Origin: Candidatus Latescibacterota bacterium
GTDB lineage: Bacteria > Latescibacterota > UBA2968
Direction of reading: 5' to 3'
DNA length: 64,000 bases
Assembly: GCA_965116885.1 (NCBI GenBank)
Contig: OZ220741.1
Location: 2,272,001 to 2,336,000, forward strand
Part shown: positions 9,441-17,589 of the stretch, piece by piece
Position numbering within the stretch: position 1 is the first letter of the stretch
How the letters are laid out: every line of letters begins with the position of its first letter
Notes under the pieces: generated by a model
What the model was told of the DNA's origin: nothing
The model's database searches: none
The model's input: the letters and a program-made list of their open reading frames with translations, nothing else
Position numbers and translations under genes: made by a program

Positions 9441-9566
9441 GCATTGAGAACATGAGTAGAGATTGAAAAGTCTATACTGAAAGGAGGGTACGGGGAAATA
9501 GAAAATGCGCTGGAGTAATTGTAGAAGAAGTCGATCGTAAACACATTTCACAAAGGAGCAGTATCC

Positions 9567-12227
9567 ATGTCCAAAAAGCTCTGGTTTTACGCTTCCGGAT
9601 TTTTCGCCGGAGTTGGCATGTGCCTGGCGGGTCTGGTCACACAGGCTCAGGCTCAATGGCCCGGCAATGCCAGAATCTCGATGTCCCGGGGTCAAATCGG
9701 TCACACGCTCCACAATCCGGGCATGACGGGAAAGAAAGATAACACGACAAAGTTGGCACAGTCTTCGTTTTCGTATCCTCAGGGCCGCAATATCAAGGTG
9801 TATTCGGGCGGTTCTGAGCGCGAAGGCTGGAATGCCAAGTCAAATACAGGTGGTGAAGGCTTCTGGGTGCTTTCCAATACGGGTGGCAGCCCCCAAGGTA
9901 CGTATGCAGGTCCGCGTATTACGTCTTCAGACCTGATTGGTCGCCCCCACGATATGACGCAGATGCCCGAGGCTTATGTAGGCGTTGTAGAAAACGGTGG
10001 CTGGGCAATGGCGATTCGCAGAGATAGTGGTGCGGACGCACCCAATATCGCGGGGTCAACAGTTCATGACCGCACGACCAACTGGTGGCCCGAAGCCCAC
10101 GGCATATCCAGTCCAGGTCCTGGAACGAATATCGCTGTTGTGGTCTGGAACTTCCGTTTTGGTCGCTACAACAGCAATGAGCCTTTTGCCAATCGCATTG
10201 GTTCTGGAGAATTGCCACAGTACAGTGCGCCTTCGTGGGTGGAATCTCTGTCTGAAGATGATTTTCCCGAGTTGATCGGTATTCAAGAAGGCGGTTCTTC
10301 AGCCACGGGTCTGGAGTGGACGCGCAAGTGGTTTTCCACGGCGCATCCCGATCACGATGAGTATTTTGTCGTTGACAACGAAGTGGTGAACAATTCGGGT
10401 TCGACGGCTGAAGGTGTGTATATCACCTTTGCCAACCGCTTCCACGCGGGTCAGGCTTCTGGCTGGCGGGGTCCGACCTCGTGGAATCACGCTTTCGATT
10501 GGACGCGCGATGATTATTATCGCAATACATTGGCACCCAATTACCTCAACGGCGTCAGCCGTGGGGATTACACCTCTGCGCTTGGTCGTTCTGCTGGTTT
10601 GCAGCGGGGTGTTGATCTTGCCAATGACGGTCATTTTATGACGTATTACCACGATGGGGACTCCGATCACATTTCCAATTTGATCAATGATCTGGGCGAT
10701 CCCTATCGCTATGCTATCGCCAAAGAGCGCTATACCCGCGAGCAGACGTGGGTGCGCGAAGGGATGATTCAGCACGGTCAGTATTTTGGTCTGGGCACTG
10801 TGGATGCCTTCCCGCCGTTTATGCGCTATGGCGGTGTGGATGATGCGATGTATGTGGCACCCCACGACAATCCAGCCACAGGGCACGATGAGAGCATGCA
10901 ACAGCCCGCTTCGGTGCTTTTCCACGGCTATCGCGGTACGAATGATTTTGACTATCCCTCGCCAGACCGTGCGGGCGATGCTCAGATTTACGACGCGGTT
11001 GCCAATGGCGGCTATACTGCTGAAAATGAAACGCCTGGGCATTATACCACGCTGGTATCTTATGGACCTTACACGCTGGCACCAGGTGAGAAGGCCAAAG
11101 TGGTGGTCGCCTATGTGGCGGGATTGGCAGCAGATCATGCCAAGTATGACGATTACAAGAAGTATGCCATGCCCTTTAACATGGGGTGGATGAACCACTA
11201 CGGTGGCAGGGGATCTGAGCCTACGGAATTGGCAGATCGCCAGCCCGAGATTCCCCTTGGTGAAGATGTGCTGTTCGATCACTTTGAGAATGCGATTCAG
11301 TGGTATAACTGGGGTTATGATCTTCCCAATCAGCCGCCGAATACCAAGGTGGCGTGGGATTCCAACCTTCAGGGTAAGACGCAGATTCGGTGGAGTGTCT
11401 TTGGCGAAGAGGCAATGGATCCAGATTATTCTGGCGCCGGGGCACAGGATTTGCGCGGGTATCGCATCTATCGCTCCAATGTGGAGTATCAGGGCGAGTG
11501 GGAGTATGTGACGGAGTTTTCATTCGAAGATGCGCGTGCGGGCAATTTGCCCACGGGTGTTTCGTATGAACCTTCTCGTACGTGGACAACGGTGAAGAGC
11601 GGTTCCTGGCCAACGGGTATTCCGCTGACGACCAATCAGTATGTCCATCCCGGTGTGCACGGTGGTCTTGATCCCGCTGCTGGTGCTGAGATTCCCGGCA
11701 CATATCTGTTTGACGATCAGGGTACCAATGCTGGTTTTCCCAACTGGTATAGTGTGCGTATGTATGACTCTGGTCACGGTGATTGGAATGGCGTGAGTAG
11801 CGTCGATGTCCTTGAAGCCTCGCAGAGCACCTCTCTGGGTTCTGTGTATGGTTCTCGTACGGGTATTGTTCCCGTTGTTCCTGGTGCAGCGGTGTTTGAT
11901 CGCCTCGAAGAGCAGGTTCGCGTGGTACCCAATCCGTTCAAGGTGGATAGCGATTTGCATACGTATAACCGCCAGCAGAATATGCGGTTTACGAATCTGC
12001 CAGGTCGCTGTCAGATCGACCTTTACGATGTGACGGGTCAGCGGATCTGGACCTTCTACAATCAGGATCCTCTGAAGGGCGAAGTGACGTATATCCAGCT
12101 TGCGGAGAATCGTCCCTCCAACTTTGGCGAGGCGATGTTCCCGGGTATTTACTTCTGGAAAGTCACCTCTCTGATGCCGGGATCAGAAGGCAAAACGCAG
12201 ACCGGCACATTCGTGATCATCAAGTAA
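9567..12227 (+). CDS. Large secreted protein with FN3-like module and T9SS type A-like C-terminal domain
   Basis: Signal peptide ending AQAQ; C-terminus VRVVPNPF..MRFTNLP..IDLYDVTGQRI..PGIYFWKV; SD AAGGAG. Confidence 0.8.
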   Translation: MSKKLWFYASGFFAGVGMCLAGLVTQAQAQWPGNARISMSRGQIGHTLHNPGMTGKKDNTTKLAQSSFSYPQGRNIKVYSGGSEREGWNAKSNTGGEGFWVLSNTGGSPQGTYAGPRITSSDLIGRPHDMTQMPEAYVGVVENGGWAMAIRRDSGADAPNIAGSTVHDRTTNWWPEAHGISSPGPGTNIAVVVWNFRFGRYNSNEPFANRIGSGELPQYSAPSWVESLSEDDFPELIGIQEGGSSATGLEWTRKWFSTAHPDHDEYFVVDNEVVNNSGSTAEGVYITFANRFHAGQASGWRGPTSWNHAFDWTRDDYYRNTLAPNYLNGVSRGDYTSALGRSAGLQRGVDLANDGHFMTYYHDGDSDHISNLINDLGDPYRYAIAKERYTREQTWVREGMIQHGQYFGLGTVDAFPPFMRYGGVDDAMYVAPHDNPATGHDESMQQPASVLFHGYRGTNDFDYPSPDRAGDAQIYDAVANGGYTAENETPGHYTTLVSYGPYTLAPGEKAKVVVAYVAGLAADHAKYDDYKKYAMPFNMGWMNHYGGRGSEPTELADRQPEIPLGEDVLFDHFENAIQWYNWGYDLPNQPPNTKVAWDSNLQGKTQIRWSVFGEEAMDPDYSGAGAQDLRGYRIYRSNVEYQGEWEYVTEFSFEDARAGNLPTGVSYEPSRTWTTVKSGSWPTGIPLTTNQYVHPGVHGGLDPAAGAEIPGTYLFDDQGTNAGFPNWYSVRMYDSGHGDWNGVSSVDVLEASQSTSLGSVYGSRTGIVPVVPGAAVFDRLEEQVRVVPNPFKVDSDLHTYNRQQNMRFTNLPGRCQIDLYDVTGQRIWTFYNQDPLKGEVTYIQLAENRPSNFGEAMFPGIYFWKVTSLMPGSEGKTQTGTFVIIK

Positions 12228-12263
12228 GGCGCGAAGCGTCAGACATAAAAAAGGAGAAAGACA

Positions 12264-13280
12264 ATGTTTAAGAAAGCACTGCTCTTCGGTCTGGCTGTTG
12301 CGCTTGCCCTGCCGATGTATGCACAGGCTCAGGAAGAGCGGCCGACTCAGGATTCATTAGGACCTTTTCCCGTGGATAGGACGCGCGTCCCCCCGGAAAC
12401 AGATCTGATTAAGTATGCTCGTGTTACGACGACGTCTTATGGATTTTTGAAGCTGACGGGCAATGCGCGCTCAGCAGGTATGGGCGATGCGTATTCGTCT
12501 GTTGGCAATGATCTGTCGGCGGTCTTTTACAACCCTGCAGGGGCAACGCAGATAGAGCGCTACGCGCTGACAGCATCTTATCTGAAGTGGATTGTGGGGT
12601 CTTCAATGGGGACGTTTGCCATTGGTGCCAAGACGAATGTGGCGACCTTTGCCGTCAACTTTGCGTATTTTACCACGGATGAGTTTGAAGAGACGACCTC
12701 ATCTCAACCCGGTGGCACGGGACGTATGGCCACCGCAGGCGACATGGCTGTTGGGTTGACCATTGCCAAGCAGGTGACGGATAAGTTGAGTGTGGGTGGT
12801 AATCTTCGCTGGGTTCAGGAAGACCTGGATTTGCAGTCGTATTCGTCTTATGACATAGATTTTGGAACGCTCTTTTACACGGGATTCCATTCGACGCGTC
12901 TTGGTATGTCGATGCGCAACCTGGGCGGCGACCAGGACGTGATTGGTCAGAAGGCGCGTTTCCCGATGGTGTTCAACCTGTCGGGTGCTGCTGAAGTCTA
13001 TGGGAATCTGGGCGATCCGCTGTCCGTGACAGTGGCAGTAGAACAGATGTTCTTCACAGACTCGATTAACCGTTATCACTTTGGCGCGGAAGCATGGGTA
13101 CAGAACATGCTGGCGTTGCGTGGTGGCTATAAGATCGGTTATGATTCCGAGTCTTGGACAGTGGGTGCAGGCTTGCGTCAGAAGTTAGGCGATCAGAGTG
13201 TGGGTGTGGATGTATCGTATTCAAGGGCTGAGGCGCTTGATGAATATCCCATTCGCGTTTCTGTTGGCGTTGGCTTCTAA
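12264..13280 (+). CDS. PorV/PorQ family outer-membrane beta-barrel
   Basis: FLKLTGNARSAGMGDA..DLSAVFYNPAG signature; ends GVGF. Confidence 0.87.
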   Translation: MFKKALLFGLAVALALPMYAQAQEERPTQDSLGPFPVDRTRVPPETDLIKYARVTTTSYGFLKLTGNARSAGMGDAYSSVGNDLSAVFYNPAGATQIERYALTASYLKWIVGSSMGTFAIGAKTNVATFAVNFAYFTTDEFEETTSSQPGGTGRMATAGDMAVGLTIAKQVTDKLSVGGNLRWVQEDLDLQSYSSYDIDFGTLFYTGFHSTRLGMSMRNLGGDQDVIGQKARFPMVFNLSGAAEVYGNLGDPLSVTVAVEQMFFTDSINRYHFGAEAWVQNMLALRGGYKIGYDSESWTVGAGLRQKLGDQSVGVDVSYSRAEALDEYPIRVSVGVGF

Positions 13281-13304
13281 GTGAAGCTTTCCCATTAGCT
13301 ACAC

Positions 13305-13341
13305 AAAGGGCTGCGGTCGTAAGATCGTAGCCCTTTTTTTT
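13305..13341 (+). terminator. Intrinsic terminator
   Basis: AAAGGGCTGCGGTC-GTAA-GATCGTAGCCCTTT plus a long T-run; GNRA loop. Confidence 0.9.
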
Positions 13342-13343
13342 GA

Positions 13344-13378
13344 TCGCGGATTTTCGCGGATTTTTGGATTTCGCTGAT
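13344..13378. repeat. Short tandem array (TCGCGGATTT x2 plus degenerate units)
   Basis: tcgcggattt tcgcggattt ttggattt cgctgat. Confidence 0.6.
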
Positions 13379-13403
13379 GAAAGGCGAAAAAACACGCGTT
13401 CAG

Positions 13404-13440
13404 CGGTGTATTTAACCATCTGGAATGGTTTCTTTTACCA
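13404..13440. promoter_or_regulatory. Candidate enhancer boxes upstream of pspA
   Basis: CGGT-N7-ACCA (13404-13418) and TGGT-N7-ACCA (13426-13440), 22 bp apart, about 100-140 bp upstream of the predicted +1. Confidence 0.55.
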
Positions 13441-13516
13441 ATATCAGGTGGTTTTTTTGTGCCTTAAAAATATTTATTTGTATAAAAAACAATAAGATAG
13501 AATCTGGAGGATATTT

Positions 13517-13532
13517 TGGCACGGATATTGCA
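13517..13532 (+). promoter_or_regulatory. Sigma54 (-24/-12) promoter of pspA
   Basis: TGGCACGGATATTGCA, near-perfect consensus. Confidence 0.9.
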
Positions 13533-13578
13533 TAGAGATAGATGTGATCAATAACCAAAAATCGAAAGGAGATATTCC

Positions 13579-14250
13579 ATGGGTACTTTTTCAAGAATAA
13601 GCAATGTGGTCCGCGCTGAGGTTGACGATGTTCTGAATAAGATAGAGGATCCAAAGAAGATGGTGCGGCAGATGGTTCTGGATATGGAGGATGCGCTGGA
13701 TGATGCGGTGGTTGCCGTGGCACAGGCGATGGCCAGTGAGAAGTTGCTGGCACGTCGGATTGCACAGAAGCGGGAAGAGTCGGCTTTGTGGGCGCGCAAG
13801 GCAGAGGATGCTATGGACGCTGGTGAGGAGGAACTGGCGCGCAAGGCACTGTTTCAGAAGGTGGCGGTTGATGAGGCGGTTAATACACTGCAAAAAGTAC
13901 GGGAGGATGCGGAGGAAGTGACGGCGACGCTGAAGCAGCGACTTGCAGAGCTGAAGGCCAAATTGGCGTCTGCCCGCGCACAACAAAGTACTCTGGCGAT
14001 TCGCAAACAGGTGGTGGTGCAGGAGATGCGACAAGATGCGCGCGTGGCGGCTTATGATCGGTTTGTTCGGGATGTGGCGCGCGAGGAAGCGACTGCTGAG
14101 GTCTATGCGGAGATGGCGGACGATGCACAGTTGCAAGAAGAGTTTGATCAACTGGAGCGAAAGCAGCGCGTCGAAGCTGAGATGCAGGCGTTGAAGGAGA
14201 AAGTGAAACAGAGCGTGCGCCAGGATGAGGAATCTGAGGAGGGGAAGTAA
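13579..14250 (+). CDS. pspA: PspA/IM30 family protein
   Basis: MGTFSRISNVVRA..EDPKKM..Q..DME N-terminus, W..KA..A...G.EELARKAL, long coiled coil. Confidence 0.92.
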   Translation: MGTFSRISNVVRAEVDDVLNKIEDPKKMVRQMVLDMEDALDDAVVAVAQAMASEKLLARRIAQKREESALWARKAEDAMDAGEEELARKALFQKVAVDEAVNTLQKVREDAEEVTATLKQRLAELKAKLASARAQQSTLAIRKQVVVQEMRQDARVAAYDRFVRDVAREEATAEVYAEMADDAQLQEEFDQLERKQRVEAEMQALKEKVKQSVRQDEESEEGK

Positions 14251-14252
14251 TT

Positions 14253-14441
14253 ATGTTCGCAAAATTGTTTGGCATCGCCTTGCTGGTCGTCGGCGGGTTT
14301 GTTGCATTTTGTTTGCTGATGGCTCTCGTTGGAACGATTTTTAATATTTTGATTTTTGCGTTGAAGGTGGCAATCCCCGTGGTGCTGGTGTATCTGGGAT
14401 ATCGGTTGATTACGAGAGATAGACATCAGGTTACGTATTAA
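14253..14441 (+). CDS. Small two-helix membrane protein (PspG/LiaI-like Psp partner)
   Basis: 62 aa, two hydrophobic segments, 2 bp after the pspA stop. Confidence 0.7.
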   Translation: MFAKLFGIALLVVGGFVAFCLLMALVGTIFNILIFALKVAIPVVLVYLGYRLITRDRHQVTY

Positions 14442-14452
14442 AAATTGGCTGA

Positions 14453-14575
14453 CTGCCGGGACGGCACAGGGGCCGTCCCCTACGATGGTATTTGTTAATC
14501 TGCCGGGACGGCACAGGGGCCGTCCCCTACACAGACACGATCATTACATGTAGGGGCGACCCCCTGTGGTCGCCC
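14453..14575. repeat. GTAG-type REP cluster (BIME-like): two direct copies and one inverted variant
   Basis: Identical 31-mers CTGCCGGGACGGCACAGGGGCCGTCCCCTAC at 14453-14483 and 14500-14530; inverted variant GTAGGGGCGACCCCCTGTGGTCGCCC at 14550-14575. Confidence 0.85.
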
Positions 14576-14595
14576 GCTGCACGCGAATGAATAGG

Positions 14596-14629
14596 AAGCC
14601 CCGGACGTTATCTAACGCCCGGGGCTTTT
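14596..14629 (+). terminator. Intrinsic terminator of the psp locus
   Basis: AAGCCCCGG-A-CGTTA-TC-TAACG-C-CCGGGGCTT then TT. Confidence 0.7.
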
Positions 14630-14641
14630 GTGTACAAATGC

Positions 14642-14671
14642 TTGACAGAGAGACTTATTGGAGATTATTTT
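14642..14671 (+). promoter_or_regulatory. Possible sigma70 promoter
   Basis: TTGACA-N18-TATTTT upstream of the channel operon. Confidence 0.4.
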
Positions 14672-14713
14672 TTTCCATTCAGTGTTATGATTAATAAAAA
14701 AAGGTAGCTTGTA

Positions 14714-16687
14714 TTGGAAAATCTTTTTTTTAAACTGCGATCGCGAACTACTGACCCGTTTGCGCGAGTAAAAAATTACCTGAAATTTCGCGTTGAGCGA
14801 TTGTTGTTGAGCGGAGCACATTCTCGATTGCTATTTATCGCATCCTTAATTGGCATTGTCGCCGTTTGTGGCGGTTTGCTGGTGCAGGCTACGGACGTGC
14901 CTTTTGATGATCGCGAAACAGCTATCTGGTGGGCTTTTTTGCGTTTGACCGATCCGGGTTATTTGGGGGATGATGAAGGGCTTGCCCGCCGCGTGATTTC
15001 AACGGTGGTGACAGTGCTTGGGTACGTGCTTTTTATGGGGTCTCTGATCGCGATTATGACGCAGTGGCTCAATCAGACGATTCGCGATTTTGAGCGCGGG
15101 CTTACGCCCATTGTGCGTCGCAATCACATTTTGATTTTGGGATGGACCAATCGCACATCCGAAATTGTCAGCGAGTTGATGCGCGCCGAAGGTCGCGTGC
15201 GCCGGTTTTTACAACTGCGCGGTGCGCGTGGGTTACACGTGGTGATTCTTTCCGAAGATGTGAGTTTGGAGCGCACAATGGAATTGCGGAGGGCACTGGG
15301 TCCTCTGTGGAATCCTAAAAAGATCACTTTTCGGTCGGGGATACCCCTGCGGATAGAACATCTGGAGCGCGTGGATTTTCAAAATGCGAGTGCCATTATT
15401 TTGCCCGGTGCTGATTTTGCCTATGGCAGTGCGGATGAATCGGATACGCGTATCATAAAAACACTGTTGTCAATAGCGAATCAACGAGAAAAAGAAGATG
15501 GGATAGAAGTTCTACCCCTGCTGGTGACAGAAATTTTTGATTCCGACAAAGTGTTTATGGCTAAAAGGGCTTATAGAGGCATTTTAGAGATTTTGGCGAG
15601 TGATCTTTTTATTACGCGATGTATGGCGCAAAATGTGCGTCATCCGGGATTGTCACAGGTGTTCCACGATATCTTGTCGCACGGGGTTGGCAATGAGGTC
15701 TATGTGCGAATGTGCGAGGAGTTTACGGGTTTTCGTTTTGGCGATCTATCGGGTGCGTACCCCAAAGCGATTTTGCTGGGCGTGGTGCGTCCTCAAGGTG
15801 AAACTTTTTGCCCCCTGCTCAATCCGCCCGAGGATCTGATTTTGGAATCAGAAGACCGGCTGGTCTTTTTGGCAGAAGATTACGGGGATTGTGAACCTCT
15901 GAGAAATTATCAGTTAGAACGCGTATCGCGTAAATTTCAAGAGGTGCCCCATGTGAGGGAAAAAGGCAAACGACGCATCTTAATTTTAGGATGGAATCAC
16001 AAAGCTGCGGTTTTGCTTAAAGAATTCGGCAGGCAGGTGCGCGAACAATTTGAGGTCGCGGTTTTGTCTCTTATACCCTTGGCACAAAGAGAAGCTGAAG
16101 TGGCGCAAAAAGGTATTGACCCGCGCCGAGTCGTTGTCACCCATCGCGAAGGCGATCCCACTTCTCTATCAGATTTAAGAGAAATGGAGCCAGGTGGGTA
16201 TGACAATGTGGTGATTTTGGGCAGTGACTGGGTAGAGACACAGGAAGAGTCGGATGCGCGGACGATTGTGGGACATCTGGTGCTGAGGAATGTGCTGGAT
16301 GAGGGCACACATAAACCAGAAATTCTGGTCGATTTGATGGATTTCGAAAATGTAGTGTTGTTTGAAGATTGCGATACCGAGGTTCTGGTTACGCCCATGA
16401 TCGCAAGCCATGTGCTGGCACAAGTTGCGTTGCGTCGGGAGATCAATGTTGTTTATGAAGAGTTGTTTGCCGCCGGTGGTGCAGAGATTTGCTTTCGCCG
16501 GGTTCCAGATTACGGCATAGCAGGTCTAAATATGAGTTTTGAAGAGCTAAAAGAGATGTCGGCATGTCGGGGCGAAATCGCGCTGGGTATTCGCCAAAAC
16601 GGCGGGGTTGTGCTCAATCCGACGCGTGATGAACCATATATGCTAAGTGAATCGGATGATCTTATTGTATTGGTTCGGGAGGATTAA
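14714..16687 (+). CDS. CASTOR/POLLUX-related ion channel with two RCK-like domains
   Basis: Two TM helices around pore loop WWAFLRLTDPGY; tandem HILILGW/RILILGWN Rossmann folds; SDTRIIKTLL and SDARTI motifs. TTG start is uncertain. Confidence 0.85.
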   Translation: MENLFFKLRSRTTDPFARVKNYLKFRVERLLLSGAHSRLLFIASLIGIVAVCGGLLVQATDVPFDDRETAIWWAFLRLTDPGYLGDDEGLARRVISTVVTVLGYVLFMGSLIAIMTQWLNQTIRDFERGLTPIVRRNHILILGWTNRTSEIVSELMRAEGRVRRFLQLRGARGLHVVILSEDVSLERTMELRRALGPLWNPKKITFRSGIPLRIEHLERVDFQNASAIILPGADFAYGSADESDTRIIKTLLSIANQREKEDGIEVLPLLVTEIFDSDKVFMAKRAYRGILEILASDLFITRCMAQNVRHPGLSQVFHDILSHGVGNEVYVRMCEEFTGFRFGDLSGAYPKAILLGVVRPQGETFCPLLNPPEDLILESEDRLVFLAEDYGDCEPLRNYQLERVSRKFQEVPHVREKGKRRILILGWNHKAAVLLKEFGRQVREQFEVAVLSLIPLAQREAEVAQKGIDPRRVVVTHREGDPTSLSDLREMEPGGYDNVVILGSDWVETQEESDARTIVGHLVLRNVLDEGTHKPEILVDLMDFENVVLFEDCDTEVLVTPMIASHVLAQVALRREINVVYEELFAAGGAEICFRRVPDYGIAGLNMSFEELKEMSACRGEIALGIRQNGGVVLNPTRDEPYMLSESDDLIVLVRED

Positions 16688-16689
16688 GT

Positions 16690-17580
16690 ATGAAGCCCTG
16701 GGATAATTTACGCACGGTATTTGAAGAACCAATCGTTTCTTTTGGTGAAATAGAAATAACGCCAGCCATTTTGCTGACGGCTGCGCTGATTATTCTTATT
16801 GCGTATGGGATATCGCGGTTGTTGCAGCGCATGTTGCGGCGCAATGTGTTTGAACGGATACATTTAAACGAGGGTTCGCAGTCGGCTATTTGTCGCCTAT
16901 TGCACATTGTTATTATGTGCATCGGCGTATTTATCGCCATAGAATATACCGGGATTAATCTGACGACATTGGCTGCGGTTAGTGCGGTATTGCTGGTGGG
17001 GATTGGTTTGGGGTTGCAAACTATTACTCACAATTTTATCAGCGGACTCATTATGTTGTTTGAGCGCCCCGTGCAGGAAGGAGATTTTGTGGAGGTGGGC
17101 GGTGTGCAAGGGAGTGTGCAGGCGGTCAATGCATATAGCACAAAGGTCGAGACCCTGGATAATGTGACGATTATTGTGCCCAATTCAAAATTTCTATCTG
17201 AAAATGTCACAAACTGGAGCTTTCAAGAGTCAAAAGTGCGTATTCATGTGTCTGTCGGTGTGTCTTACGGTTCCGATGTGGAACTGGTCGCGGAGACGTT
17301 GTTGGAGGTGGGGCAGGCGCATCCAGAGGTTTTGTCCGACCCCGAACCGCAGATCCAGTTCCTGACATTTGGCGATAGTTCTCTGAATTTTGATTTGCTG
17401 GTTTGGATTGAGGATCCACCCCGTCAGTATTTTGTGATTAGTGATTTGAATTTTGCTATCGTCCGGGCATTCCGAGAGCGGAATATCGAGATTCCATTCC
17501 CACAGCGGGATTTGCATGTGCGAAGTGCCGTGCCAATGAGTGTGGCTACACAATCGGATGGTAATGAAAAAAAAGAATAG
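16690..17580 (+). CDS. MscS family mechanosensitive channel
   Basis: GIGLGLQ..NFISG..ERP..GD, IVPNS..VTNWS, VGVSYGSD, IEIPFPQRDLH. Confidence 0.93.
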   Translation: MKPWDNLRTVFEEPIVSFGEIEITPAILLTAALIILIAYGISRLLQRMLRRNVFERIHLNEGSQSAICRLLHIVIMCIGVFIAIEYTGINLTTLAAVSAVLLVGIGLGLQTITHNFISGLIMLFERPVQEGDFVEVGGVQGSVQAVNAYSTKVETLDNVTIIVPNSKFLSENVTNWSFQESKVRIHVSVGVSYGSDVELVAETLLEVGQAHPEVLSDPEPQIQFLTFGDSSLNFDLLVWIEDPPRQYFVISDLNFAIVRAFRERNIEIPFPQRDLHVRSAVPMSVATQSDGNEKKE

Positions 17581-17589
17581 GAAACGAAT

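Noticed and set aside
10299..11282. Long opposite-strand ORFs (also 21441-22451, 22560-23351, 43166-44077, 52041-53117)
   Set aside because: They lie antisense to well-supported genes and show no recognisable motifs; treated as shadow ORFs.
14453..14575. 31-bp direct repeats as a mini CRISPR array
   Set aside because: Only two direct copies with a 16-bp spacer, a third inverted variant, GTAG-hairpin structure and no cas genes; fits REP/BIME.
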